DNA of 64,000 nucleotides from Phoronis australis (GCA_002633005.1 NMRA01000079.1:1021182-1085181), one strand, 5' to 3'. Counted from the stretch's first letter, positions 50,459-63,321 are shown. The notes: generated by a model not told the origin, from the letters alone. Program-made: numbers and translations.

Positions 50459-53400
50459 TTCCTTTCTTCGTAACAGAAAAGCAATGATAATAAACCCATG
50501 ATACATTTGCTAAAGATGAATAAAGAAAAGTGAAAATGTGTCAAGATGTAAATTAATTGTGTTAGTTGCACCTGCAATCTAGTCGCGACACCACTTATGC
50601 TCCATCACAAATAGTCCAAGTCGGCAAGAAGACCCACTTTACCGCGAATTGATTTTTAAAAAAGCTTATTTGTGTACCGTTACGCAGGTGTTTATTATAG
50701 AGAAAAAAAACGTAGTGTGAGAGAGATAAAAAACATATGGAACATTTTGCTCAGGATCTGAGGTCAGTCCACAGGGGTACATGTACATGTAGGTTGTTTA
50801 CACAACTGTTAACTAAGACCCAGCATGAAAACTTCTGTATGCCAGGCCACAGAAATTGGTGTTCTTCAATGGAACTATTTTAAAGTGTGCAGAGAGTGCA
50901 CATCTCTACCGCTAGCTTTTTCTTGGTATTGATGCTTGGTGATATAAATTTATTTATTTCAGTATCAGGTTTCCCATAACAAAAAATCCAAGTATTGAAG
51001 GATTATTTCACTTCTTTGTTAGGGAAGTCGAAGGTCGCGGGCGGAATACGTGCACATCGCAGGGTAGACAAATTAAAAGAAAAATTGCTTCGCATGTGTC
51101 GTTTTTTACCGTGAACAGAGTTTACGCTTTTGTGATTTGTACGTGTATCCTGCTAGATACAAAGCAATCGAAGCTACATGTACTCTTTCAACGTCATTTC
51201 ATTTATAAACTTCGTCAAACGGATTTCAATGCGTGATAGTTCATTCAAAGCTAATGCTTAAATGATGCTTATTCAAGACAACCTGAACTACATTAAAACT
51301 TTGAGTTCAGACGTACACCATCACCTAAATATCTGCCATAGTGAGTGACCCTGAGCTAACTCTTTCAGTTTGGGTTTTCTGTAGTGATAACGCAAAAACT
51401 CCCACAAAAATAAAATCAAATTATTTGTAAAATAAGGCCAATACAGTCGTGGCTGTAACTTCAAAATTATTGGTATTTTAGTGACATTTTTCATTTTTCG
51501 ACTGACAGAACTACTTTTTTTTAAATTGTTGAGTGATACGGAAGGGTATAGGCACAAAATGCTCTGTTGCGTATTTACAGACTTGAGCCGTCATATCTTG
51601 AAAATACCTATAGTTATTTAACACAGCACTGTCCTCAGACATAGTATAGTCCGGTTACCTATTGTCGTCAGGCTCCAAAGGTCGTCCGCCATCTTGTTTC
51701 GCGTGCAGCGCAACCATGCGGGACTTAGCGTTCCAATTTGGAGTGCTCGTCTGCACGTTAGGTACTAACTTATCGGAAGAGACATGTATCAAAGTAATGA
51801 GACAAAAATCGGTGAGTTTACCGATTGTTTTTTAAAACCACTTAAAAATCAGTAGATTTTACTAATACACTTTTTTGTGCGTTTTCAGAAGATGTTTTCG
51901 AATTTAAATTTTCTTCCGACGGGACACAAAACATGATCCAGGGTTTGTTTATGCAATGTATCTGTTTGTCCCAGGCACTAGTAGGATCTAGAAGGCCAAA
52001 GGAAAAATCCGCAGACAAATGCGATACGCTGGGTTCTTAACATTTTTGCCTCACGCATTCACCATTAAACTGCATTGAAATGTTGTCCAATTGGCTTTTA
52101 TTGGAAACCACAGTGCAGAGCTCAACATCAAAGCTTCAAATCGAGTTTATGTCAATAAAAACAGGCTGTTGCAATTTTCATTACTTCGTTGGCCTTTTTC
52201 TGCATGTTTCTCAGTTTTTACAAAAGGGGGCAGCATATGACGACCTTAGGTGTCACAATAAAATGGCTGCCGAAGGCAGTGCACATTTGAAATAACTCGG
52301 CACAAATTAAAGAAAACTTCCGAATCGATGAATGCGGTATATCTGTGAGAGTTAAATCGAATCCTATTCAGATCATAACTTTGAAGTGGAATAATTCGGT
52401 GAGTACAACAGCAAGTCGGTTTTATGCTTAGGCGGACGACCATTGGGTTCCCGAGTATACATATTGTAACACCAAACACCATGGCTGTACAGTAGTGGGT
52501 GGGAAAAGTTATATGTAAATCAAACGTGTTTAAGAAATCAACCTCAAAATTTAGGGGAACTCAAAGGTCTGAAAATAGCTGAAACGGAAGTCTTACGGTT
52601 CGCCATGTTTTTAATTGTGGTTCCTAAAGATTTCGAATTTCTGCGTATGGCAAAGCACGTCTCCGTGCGAAGCAATATACGGCTGTGCACTCACATGCAG
52701 ATAACATGCAGATCTATACAAATAAAGCCCTACTGACAGTAGTAACATAAGCGGTTATATAGATTGAAGCACCGCAACTACGACAAGAAAAAAACATGCC
52801 AGTTACAGTGGCATTCACACGACGCAAGTCTGATTTTACACAACAAAACTCTGCCAATTCCTAAAGCCGTCAAGAGAACATAGACTATCACCGCATGTGG
52901 TCCCTCGTTACCCGGCGAGTCACGGTTTATCCAAGCTTCGTACAGTTATGTGCCTCAACTCTTCACTTGACCTATCGCCAGGGTTTTGAGTGACGGCTTA
53001 ACTGACCATTTAAAACTCATCATTCTTGACACACCTTCGTTTCCAAGCCGCCATTTTACCCGACAAACAACACGTTGCCGGGTAACACTTATTGTTCGTT
53101 AGTCGACATTACGCAAGGAGGCGCAGCTTCCGAATTGGTAGCATTCACCCAATAGCCGGGCTTTACGCAATCGACACAAGGAGTTCTAAGACACGCAATG
53201 ATTCGGATGCAGCCTGAAAACGCGCGTAAATGGTAATAAAATATCAATAATGATAATAATGATAAAAATAATGACAATAATTAGTAATATCCAAATAGAA
53301 AGGACAAATATAATTGTTATAATAATTTCATACTCTGTTACAAAGTAATAGTAATAAACATCACAATAATAATGGGAATGACGATGGTTATAAAAACTAC

Positions 53401-54099
53401 AAATTCGAAAAGAATATGATTAATATTTCTATAAACGATGACATATTCAAAAATAAGTCCATGTTTTTAGTAGTCGCAACTGTTTTAACAACGCTTCTGA
53501 TATACCGTGACGCTCGGTGAACTCAAAACCATCGTAAACCAATCACACGATAGTTAAATATGCTTGAATTCGGTTATCAACAAAGTTTGTATGGTATTTT
53601 AAGTGTTTTTCTTCAATCTGTGTACTTTGCGACGTCATGAGTGGATCCACTCTCCACCATTATGTTGTTCTACACCCGCCGTGACCCGAATTGAACTCGA
53701 AAACCGAGTTTGACTGAGTGTTTTGAAAAGTTTTATGATCGGACATTATTTCCGTTTTTGCGTTTCTAAAAGACCCTAATATCGCCCAAAAGTGACACAA
53801 ATTCGTCCGTCCAACGGTACACGGCACACAAGCGAAACGTTCAAGGGTATGCTCAGCCTATTATGTGGACGCGTGCTTCGATCTGTCGCAGAAACGGAGA
53901 TTGTACAAAGGTTTCTCCAGCGTGTAAGTGCATTTGATGAAAAACAGGTTATTATTTTGTGCCATTGCTTGGAACGTAGATGTCAGATACAGATGATTGA
54001 GAATGAGCCTCAACATCAAACTGTGACCGACACCATGAATGTGACTGAAGCGAGTTTCCCTCTGTCAACTCTTGTCCACGATTTGGTGGGAATGCATGC

Positions 54100-56715
54100 T
54101 ACATGTATCTACCCGTACCCTTCACGCCAAGGCCCAGTATTAGAAAATGGGATGTAGATGGCACCCGAATAGTTCGAGATCGTGACAACAGTCAGAGCAG
54201 AGGATGGAGTCGGACAGTGGACTGAAATAATCGACGAATCGCAACGGCACAAAGCTTTCATGGGTTTGGAACATATAAGGCAGAAACGAGTACCAATACC
54301 AGAGATAAAATCCAGTTAGCATAATTATAATTAGATACTTGTATGATCGTCCCTGACCAACACATTCGGCATTCGAAGATATGAAATGAGTGTCCGCTAT
54401 TCGCGACTGAGCTTCGACAGTCCGGGTACAAATTTCGGTTAGCCTTACAATTTGAGACACATCTTACTCGACACTAAACTTGGTAGAAAATGTAACCGTG
54501 ATTCAATAAAAGGCTTTAATTACCACTCCGAAATTAGGATTGTCCGTAGGCTGAGTACATGTAAGCTCCGACTCAGTTTCATTCACCGAAGACACCGGTG
54601 CATAAGGGTTGAGTTTGGACGGCCTTAAACACGCAAAGTCTGCCGATACGGCGAGGTCTAACTCATTAGCTGTTTGACCTAAGGTCCGAGTGTCGCCTTT
54701 ACCCCCATCGCCATGGCTGGTTTCATATTCGTCAGGCTCGCTCAGTAAGTCCTCGTAACTTATAAAATCACGACTATCGTCCAATGCATATACAGATACT
54801 GTCAACTGATCAAGGTCTACTATTGATGACACAACGAGGTGGGAAACCAAAAAATCCTGATTTTTGCTTTTAAATTTGAAACTTCCAAATATTTCTCAAA
54901 GTAAGTGCTTGTTTAGATACATTTTTGTTATAAATTTATTACACACGGTATAAAACCTCAAAAAGTGAAACCTTCCATTGTAAGAACGCTTTAAGTTACA
55001 ATGACTGCAATGTAAGTTAAGTCAACCATACACTAAGGTGGCATCTAGGGTGGCCTCGAGTTTACGGATTTATGTGAGTTGTGAATGAGATTCCAACTTA
55101 AGTGGATCTTAAGGCAAGGGGATTCGAGATAGCCGCCCCTGGATGGAGGAATGGACCTGCCGTTAGAGAAATAACAAGGAGTTCTCCAGCCAGTTCCACC
55201 CGGCGTAGCTTCGGATGCCATTATCTGTGACGTAATCGTAAGACATGTGTCGGACTGTAAGGTTTGGGTGCATCCCAACGAGCAAGAAACAGCGGATAGA
55301 TGTGGTCCACGATAACCTCAAGTGACTAGGAATGTAAGAAATCAAATTTAAGGCAGTCCGACTAAGTGAACATGGTGCATGGACGAGGTGAATACTTCGA
55401 GGGTGAAGTTAGCGTAGAGATGTATGGAACATGGAGTATATGGGTAATCAATTAGTACTCCACTCAGTACAAGACCTTTTGTTCATTTCGTAGCAATCGT
55501 CTGTGTCGCTTGTGTGAAAGATGAGGAACATTGCCTCATGCCCTATCAGTGGATACGGCGGAATTTCTGCATGTGGCGTCCCGACATACACTAGATGGTT
55601 AGAGGAAGGAAAGAGGAGTGCAGCACATGACAAACACTCACATTCATTTCGTCAGTGCAGGTGTGCGACTAAAGTAAGCATGTCAGTAGTCATGCATTGT
55701 AAGCGGGGTAAGATTGGAGTTGAGAGCCGACCTGTGAAGAAATTTAGTTTTTCCCAGGGTAGTGGAAACCAGTCTACAACCTGAGCGGACGCTTTGGTCA
55801 GAAGCCAAGCAGTACATACAACAATATACATGTACTTGTTTAGTATTGAACTTTAAATCCGCTGAGAGGAGAGATATGACAAGGCGCAAAAGAGGAAGTT
55901 ATCAAAGTACATTGAAGTACCTGAAAAGGGTGGCAAACTTGATTTTGTTCTGCTGAAGAGGCATGAAGATGGTTTCCCACATGGTCCGTTTGGTGGTTGC
56001 TGGAGAAGCTTGGTGTAAGAGGGAAGGCGAGGAGAGCAACAGTGATAAGGAGAAAACGTCATGCTGGCCGTGGTACCATCGTAGTGGGGGAACTTATAGG
56101 TCGCAGTGATGCACAGTGGGATAGCCACCACAGCACTGCAGACCCAACAGTGGGATAGCCACCACAGCACTGCAGACCCAACAGTGGGATGGCCACAACA
56201 GCACTGCAGACCCACCAGTGGGATAGCCACCACAGCACTGCAGATCCAACAGTGAGATGGCCACCACAGCACTGCAGACCCACCAGTGGGATAGCCACCA
56301 CAGCAATGCAGACCCAACAGTGGGATGGCTACCACAGCACTGCAGACCCAACAGTGGAGATGATAATGCTTTGGGTCGAAACGTGTCCAGGAAACTGAAC
56401 GCCATCTAACGACGGGCTCGACCTAGAACGTACATAGGCCCCAGACCCAAGAATAGATGGTGACAAGGCGTGGCAGCTATTATCGAGGCAGAAAGCATCT
56501 GTGTAATTTCATGCACCATTGACACGTAGAAAAATTCTGAATCAAATTCGTCACAGTGACGCGTCCCTTTTTTAAACTTCACAAACATCAGTTTTACAAT
56601 AGTTTTTAAAATTCCATTACATTTTACTTTGTACATTCTACATTTTGAGGCGTGTACATCATGATGCTGGCCACTCAAACCTCGACTCGAGTTTGACCTA
56701 TTGCATGCCGTCACA
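54100..56715 (-). mobile_element. Heavily decayed Ty3/Gypsy-like LTR retrotransposon remnant
   Basis: On - strand in Gypsy order: TGTGACGG start at 56715, TGGCG (PBS-like) near 56404, gag-like KFPHYDG (~56090), RNaseH-like IPPYP...FLIFHTSD (~55550), integrase-like SIH..ANFTLEVF and QIMA..ATP..TG..TP....GR..P (55430-55140); no second LTR confirmed. Confidence 0.45.
56113..56357. repeat. 34-bp minisatellite, 7 copies plus partial
   Basis: Unit acagtgggatagccaccacagcactgcagaccca, period 34. Confidence 0.95.
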
Positions 56716-56885
56716 AATTGAGAACGCTTGAAAACTCACAGCTTAAAGACACGTGACCGATTGAATTCCCAGTTTGAGATAAAAAATTAGATCCTGGACC
56801 ATGGTTGGATTGTAAAAAAACGTCGTTTTAAGTAACTAGCATTTGAATTGTGTCAACATAGTAATTTCCAGGCCACTCTGTTAAT

Positions 56886-56922
56886 ATGCAGTTGTTACCA
56901 GTGGCAGTATTTCTAGGGACCG
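56886..56922 (+). CDS. Gene D coding exon 1 (signal peptide)
   Basis: MQLLPVAVFLGT-g|gtgagt; 37 nt; acceptor tttccag ends 56871. Confidence 0.82.
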
Positions 56923-59900
56923 GTGAGTACGCGTATGAGGGTTATACGTGAAATTTACAAGAGCAAACATTAGAATGGAATAAATTTTAATAAGAAGAAC
57001 GTCATGGTATTTTTTAACAATTTTATTGTGTCAGTATATATTGTGAATAAATGTACATGTACTTGAAAGTCAATTGTTCGTTAAAATTTGAATAATTGCA
57101 TTTGAATCGTTGACCACGTTTGCCTTTTGCCTACTTGAATTGTGAGAGCAAATTGCATCAACTGAGTTTTAAGTCACCAGTGCGCATAATATGTAACGAT
57201 TAAGGGATTTTAACAAACCCTTAAGTTCAAAGTCTGCGGCTTTCATTTGAATACAGACACCAATCAGCTTTGTTTGTTGCATGATATACCACGATAGTGA
57301 TATTGATGTTGAGGTAAAATTGTGAAGACAGTTTAATAAAACTCGTGCCCTTATGATACACGTCCATGCATTTTTTGCAGAAGTCGCATTTCTATCTTAC
57401 AAACGTGAAACATTCTAGAGAACGAAACATACCTCAATCAAAATGTCGTCCCCACATTATGCACACGTGTTACTCAGTTTCAGTGCAAGGCCGGAACGAT
57501 GACCAATACGGTGCCAGAACACGCACAGGCGACGGTGCAGGAATGCAACGGGTTGCTAGGATTGCCCTTTTCTTCTCCAAAAGTCTCATAGACCCTTGGG
57601 TAATCAGAAAGAGAAAGACAAGAGAGGAATTAACGAGCTATTTGCAATCTAAGTTTCTGCAAAAGGTATTGTTGTTGTAACGTACGTGTACAAGAACGCT
57701 AGATTTTCAATTGCTTCTCTCGAAAACATTTTTCGAAGCATCTGCCAACACCCAGTGTTTAAAACGCCACATATTTTCTCAGTTGCTGATCCACTATTTT
57801 AACTTGAAAGCAAGAGAAAAGTCAAAGTCTCGACACCAATTTTAACCAAGCATCCGCCTCAAAAACAGTAACGAACAAAACCGATTAGCCTATAGCCAAG
57901 TTGAGAATACATGTACACTGGTACAGCGCTGAAGAAAAGAACTAATTTGTAGCAAATATCTATTTTCGTATACGTAATACTTGTGAATGACGGAACTTAA
58001 AGCATTAAACTATGTCAGGGCAAATAACAAAATCGATGTGCTTACTGAGAATCCAGTAATTATGTCATATTGGCTCAAGTGAAATACCCCAGCATTTGCG
58101 ACCCGCATATAGAAAACGTGGACTGTGCAGATTATCTCCAACATACTGTCGTTATAAACTACTATTGAAGCATTTGCACCCTGCATTCACAAAATAACAG
58201 ATCATATTTAAGTTATACGCGGTGTTTGTTTGATGTAGGTGCCTTTCAGGTGTCAACTTACATGTATCTACATTGTATACAATTCGCTGTTGGCCAACTG
58301 TGATGCCTGAAACTAGTGAATTTCTGTTTTCTGCGCAGTTCACGTAGTCAAGGCCCTGTTAATCGCTATCACATTTTAACTTTTAAGTTACTTAACCATT
58401 TATTTCAGTTGAATGCCTTATGGGCAGAACCTAAGTTGGGAGCTGGCATCGATTTGAAGTTTGAAATTGTGACAGTACGTTACATCACAGCGAATGAAGA
58501 GGTAATCAACAATTGATATTTAATACGCAGCTGTGTAATGCCAGTGTTTTAATGGCAAGCAATGTGGAGTATGTTATCAAATAATATAATCCAAACTACA
58601 CCAAATCGATCAAATTATTTGTGAATATTGCACAGTGTGGCTCTTATATATTTCCCGTTTATCGACCCTGAACGGGATTTCGAGGAAATACCTTCCAATT
58701 AGCAGGTAGAGCGACCTGAAAATGACATTGCGCGTTTCTTTTCTAATTGACTCAGAATCTCGAGCTTCCGAGTTAATTTTAATCTCGGGACTTCAAGATC
58801 ACGACTAAGGACTGTTGGAAAAATAAACTGCAGACGTGGTCAGACCCCGCTTTACTATCATTATTAGCGGCACCTTCGGCGTTTGTAGTCAATACTTAAA
58901 ACTAGCGCGTATAGTAACAATTATTCAAACATTGACGATGTGACAGGTTGAAAAATATCTGAACCAATGCAGCAACATGGTTATAGATTCGGGCACCATA
59001 AATGTGTCACTAATGGCTTAGTTGTGAAACGAAAACTGTGCAAATAATTCTTCCTGCTGTCCATACAGATGTTTTGACAATGCAGCACACCAGAAGACTG
59101 CGACAAACTGACGAATATTATCTGGGGATCTTGAGATCCTAAGATAATTTGGTCAGGATCTCGAGATCGCGAGATAAATATGTCGGGACCTGGGATAATT
59201 AAAAATAAATGCGCGATGTCATGTTTGGACCACTGTACACGGGGGATAACTGAAAGTTTTATTATCTAAATGTTGACTGAAAGCTGTGTGTAATTTTGTC
59301 AATAGGCGGAGCTGCAAAGAAGACAACGGCAACTCAAACCAACCAATGGCGGTTATTCTGGTGCAAAGGCATTTTGTGATTGGTCAAAAGAGCAAATGAC
59401 TTCACGTGATCAGTGGAATATACCAGCTTATATCATAGACGGGTAAATCTGCTAAAACTCATTGAAGAGTGTTCGTCTTCTCGACACTTTCCGAATAGTG
59501 CGAGTAAAGACCGATTACTGACATGGGAAGGCATAGGAAGCAACGATTAAACAACCTAATAGATACCCACAGTTTTGATGGTGGTCCCTTTAAAGAAAAA
59601 TTACTTAGAATTTATACACTGCACCTATTTTTATTTTTTATTTCAGTCCAACAAAAATTCAGGTTAGTTGAACATTAACATAATTGCTGAACATACGAGC
59701 TTACATTGGAGTGCCGTGCAATTTACTCTATGCTTGTTAATCATTACGTTTAAAAGGATACGGCAGGCAGATTTCAACGCCCGCACCCCAGGGCGTGCAT
59801 TCGGCATGAGGCAAGTGTGCGACAAAAACTGCGTTGTAATCGAGGGCAGAGTCGCTGACTGGAGGTTCGAGCCGCTTTTCACAAATCTTCTTGCACACGA

Positions 59901-62900
59901 AATAGGTCACATGTAAGTAAGTTGTTTTTGTAGTTTAGTGCCTAACGTTATGCTCTTACATGAAGTAGACTTGCTCTTTCTCTCTTGCTACACGAAATGC
60001 ACACCTGGATTCTGTACACCAGTTTCTCTTCTTTTTCTCAGAAACTTGATGACTTAAAGTTTTTGCACATGTAAAATATCATATTGCAAAGTATCCAACA
60101 CACATGCACAACTGCCCTGACAACTGCAATTATATAACAGTGTGCACATGTACCCTTGCATTTCTACTGTATGTGCAATATAACAGAGCCAATTATGAAA
60201 GACCTCCATGTAGTGCAGATAACAATCCCGGTGTCACTAGTTAACGGGCTACCTTAAAATAAGTTTGGTGTTGAGGGATTTGCCTGCTTTTAACGAGTTG
60301 AGGAAAGTATATGGCGAGAATACGATGCATGTAATGTCACAAGCTTTGGTTGAGAGAACAGTGTGTTTCAGAACTGTATCAGGTGTGTTGTTAATACTGC
60401 GCTAAGAACATTCTTACATGTACGTGCAGTGTTAGCGACCAGAAAAATGTAGCCAAAGTTGCTTTTTCTCATTTAAAATACGCGACAAAATGTCATGTAA
60501 TCTCCACGACATCCTGCTTCTTAGCAAGGTCCTGGAGTTACTGAACTCTACCCAGACATGTTGCCATTGCAGTTTTGGCTTTGACCACCCACCTCCTGGG
60601 TGTAGACAAGGGATCATGTGGTCTCCAGGAACAAGTGATGAATGGTCTACATGCATAAAGCAGAAAGCGCTGGAAATATTCGGGTTAGTCATTTCCACAT
60701 GTAAGCCCTGTCTACTTAACTCTGATGTTTTCGTATAGCTACTTTGTTATCGACTGTAGCACACGTATAAATAATGTTTAGAATTTTTAATTCGGACACG
60801 ACAATCAGAGCATGTCAACAATGGTCTAACAGTTACATTGTGTGTCGTATTCTACTGCGTGTTGGACGAAAGACCCTCCTCTCTGACACAGCGCCACCTG
60901 TACTGAAATTGGCCCTGTGGAAACATGATGAACACACGGAATTGCGTGTGTGCGGATCAGTGCGCATGCCCAGGTCGGAAGATTACCGATTACATTGCCC
61001 CCACGTTCACACAACTTTATGCATTTTATTTATTTAGGCTTAAGCCACTGGATCGAGGATCTCTTGATTTTGTTTACTTCCAACACTACACGTTTTAATA
61101 AAACGCAACTACTCAAGTTAAAGATGATCGTCATACTTGATAACTGTAAACTGAAAGGGGATTCCCAACTTTCAACAAATGGGAATTACTGAATGTTATG
61201 ACGCCGCTTTCTTTAATTTAACAAATGAGAAGCCAACACAAGACAATGCTACCTGTCGTAGCACTGTGAAAGAGTGTAATAAGACACTAACACGATTGCA
61301 CTATTTTCTTGTTTGTGAGAGGTGGTGAATTCTATCAAAATTAAACCCATAGACATGTTTATTGGGACAATCGCGCTCCTAGTGACGTGTCCACAAATGT
61401 GTTCTACAGTTGCAATATATATGGACAATTAAAACTGCAGTATGTATTTATTCATAAAGTGAACGAGTGTTTTGTTGAAGCAACCCCTGGGTTTACCCGT
61501 GTATGGCTTACCAGGAAGGGATAATGCCGGCATCGACTGTTCCGCCTGGGAGAGTTTCTGAAGAAGACCTGGCGGTGATTAAAAAGAACTGTCCCAAAGG
61601 TGAAGCCGGTGTCCACTCAGGCTACAGCGGGGAAATGTTCTTCGAAAATGGCTACCTTGACTTATATAAGAAAGCGCCTGAGTGGGTAAGCAACTAAGAA
61701 CTGAAAATTTACCGGACCACGATAGTACCCGAGTGAATGTACGTTTTGTGTTCTGGTATGATGAGTCACTTATCAAAACAGCACAAGGATTCCAATGAGC
61801 AACGTCGTCATTATTTGTTTAATTACACCACCACGTCACGATCGAGGTTCGCATATCAAAAAATTTTGTTCCTCTGTAAGAATGGCGTTCTACGCTGCAC
61901 CAACGTGCCTGTTCGTACGCGTGTTACGCATATTTTGATGCAAGTGTATTCTAGTTTCGCCTACTCCAATTGTAAAAGAACCTATCGGGGTACTCGATAT
62001 CCCTCAGTTTGTGATTGACCACATAAGCATGGGGGTAAAACACTTTAACAAGTTAAGGATGTTGTCTACGCCAAAAGAATATTGTTCCTCGTGTGCATTT
62101 TTGAGGAAGCATTACTTTAGTGCCGACTTTGTTGATAGAACGGCGATTTAGATTGATCACATAGTGACACGTGCTACTATACGAAACTGATGGTGCAGTC
62201 CCTGACTATAATAAGAACCTTCGTAATCTCACGTCAACAACAACTACGGAGTTTTCTTGAACATTGTTAGGAAATAACAAATATTGTTCAAACAACTATC
62301 CTAGTTATTATTCCAGTGGCATGAAAAGAATGTTTGCAGATGGTTGCCTTGTCGCAGGGATCACCAAGGGAAGCCGGTCTTTTACGGATTATCTCCCCTT
62401 ACCGGATACAGATGCGGCGTTAACAAGGTACAGGCATTAACACTGTATATATTTTTATTTTAGTTATTTAAACAGCTAATCTATACATCAACGGGCATTG
62501 CATCCGGGCTTACAGTAAGAACTACACGTAGAACACGACTCACATGTAAATTTGGCCACCGACAGATCTACCTGTACTGTACATGTAGGCCAAGGTGCCA
62601 TTAGGAAGGAGGGCCAATTTACGTTACTTTAAGCGCGTTAGTAGGGGGAAGGCTCTACTCAACAGAATTCCGGATAAAATTTGTTCCTGGCCGGTTTCGT
62701 GTTGTTAGTCGATAGTATCTTAAGTGTTCACCAAGTGCCCGAAGCATATCAGATTTTGCGAGGGTGAAATCCTCTTGGTCACCTGCAATGGTCTGGGAAT
62801 AGCAGGTCTACTTGCAAATGGACGGTTAAGAAGAATCAAATTCATTTCTTAGTGAATACTCGGACCACGAATAACATGATATGCATTCGGGCGTTCTAGT

Positions 62901-63321
62901 TAGCTTGCAACTCGTGTACTTAGTGTTGTACCTCGAAAAGCATCTTACCCTGTGTACATATGATTCAGTAGTTCGTGCACGTGATTCCGAATCAGTGATT
63001 TGTTGTTAATAATTGAAATTGTTAGGTCCAGTGCCTCTAAAGAATGCAGACATTTTGCATAACCCGAAAGGAATCTGGGAACAAACCGAGAACAAGTTAT
63101 TGGTAATCTAAGATTTGCAGACCTACTCACGTTTTCAGATATGCCAAAGCGAAACGAGGTGTATATCCGCTGGTGAATCAGGATGTGGAAGGATTCGCGA
63201 CATTAAAGCGACAAAAGGGTCATTTTCGTCATATAACTACATGTATGACGGACGAATGCATTACCTTCCCAACTTAAAGTGCGCTTGGCGAATTACAGTT
63301 CCCATGGGACAGCGGATCAAG
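56886..63321 (+). CDS. Gene D (3'-partial): secreted ADAMTS-like zinc metalloprotease with Cys-rich and CUB domains; join(56886-56922,57478-57665,58409-58501,59306-59442,59757-59912,60573-60683,61481-61685,62317-62427,63139-63321), exon 10 beyond window
   Basis: 9 exons in open frame; MQLLPVAVFLGTVSVQG signal-like; HEIGHIFGFDH, GIMWSP. Confidence 0.9.
57478..57665 (+). CDS. Gene D coding exon 2
   Basis: SVQGRNDDQYGARTRTGDGAGMQRVARIALFFSK...FLQK|gtattg. Confidence 0.88.
58409..58501 (+). CDS. Gene D coding exon 3
   Basis: LNALWAEPKLGAGIDLKFEIVTVRYITANEE|gtaatc. Confidence 0.9.
59306..59442 (+). CDS. Gene D coding exon 4
   Basis: AELQRRQRQLKPTNGGYSGAKAFCDWSKEQMTSRDQWNIPAYIID-gg|gtaaat. Confidence 0.9.
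59757..59912 (+). CDS. Gene D coding exon 5 (HExxH)
   Basis: IRQADFNARTPGRAFGMRQVCDKNC...LLAHEIGH-at|gtaagt. Confidence 0.92.
60430..60555. mobile_element. Copy of the 34641-type MITE family just upstream of gene D exon 6
   Basis: aaggtcctggagttactgaactctacccag end matches 9684-9711. Confidence 0.5.
60573..60683 (+). CDS. Gene D coding exon 6
   Basis: FGFDHPPPGCRQGIMWSPGTSDEWSTCIKQKALEIF-gg|gttagt. Confidence 0.92.
61481..61685 (+). CDS. Gene D coding exon 7
   Basis: NPWVYPCMAYQEGIMPASTVPPGRVS...KKAPEW|gtaagc. Confidence 0.92.
62317..62427 (+). CDS. Gene D coding exon 8
   Basis: [37 protein letters not shown]|gtacag. Confidence 0.92.
63139..63321 (+). CDS. Gene D coding exon 9
   Basis: ICQSETRCISAGESGCG...[32 protein letters not shown]|gtaaac; 183 nt (6 nt longer than paralogs). 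Confidence 0.92.

Noticed and set aside
50870-51815. Promoter/first non-coding exon of gene D
   Set aside because: Several TATA-like and donor-like candidates (50876, 51812), none distinguishable
52790-53060. SWIM-like transposon ORF remnant on - strand (VKPS...YEAWI...SCEC)
   Set aside because: Several stops and incomplete motif; cannot be supported without a search
56113-56357. CRISPR array or Cys/Trp-rich repeat protein
   Set aside because: Head-to-tail 34-bp units without unique spacers, eukaryotic context, period not a multiple of 3
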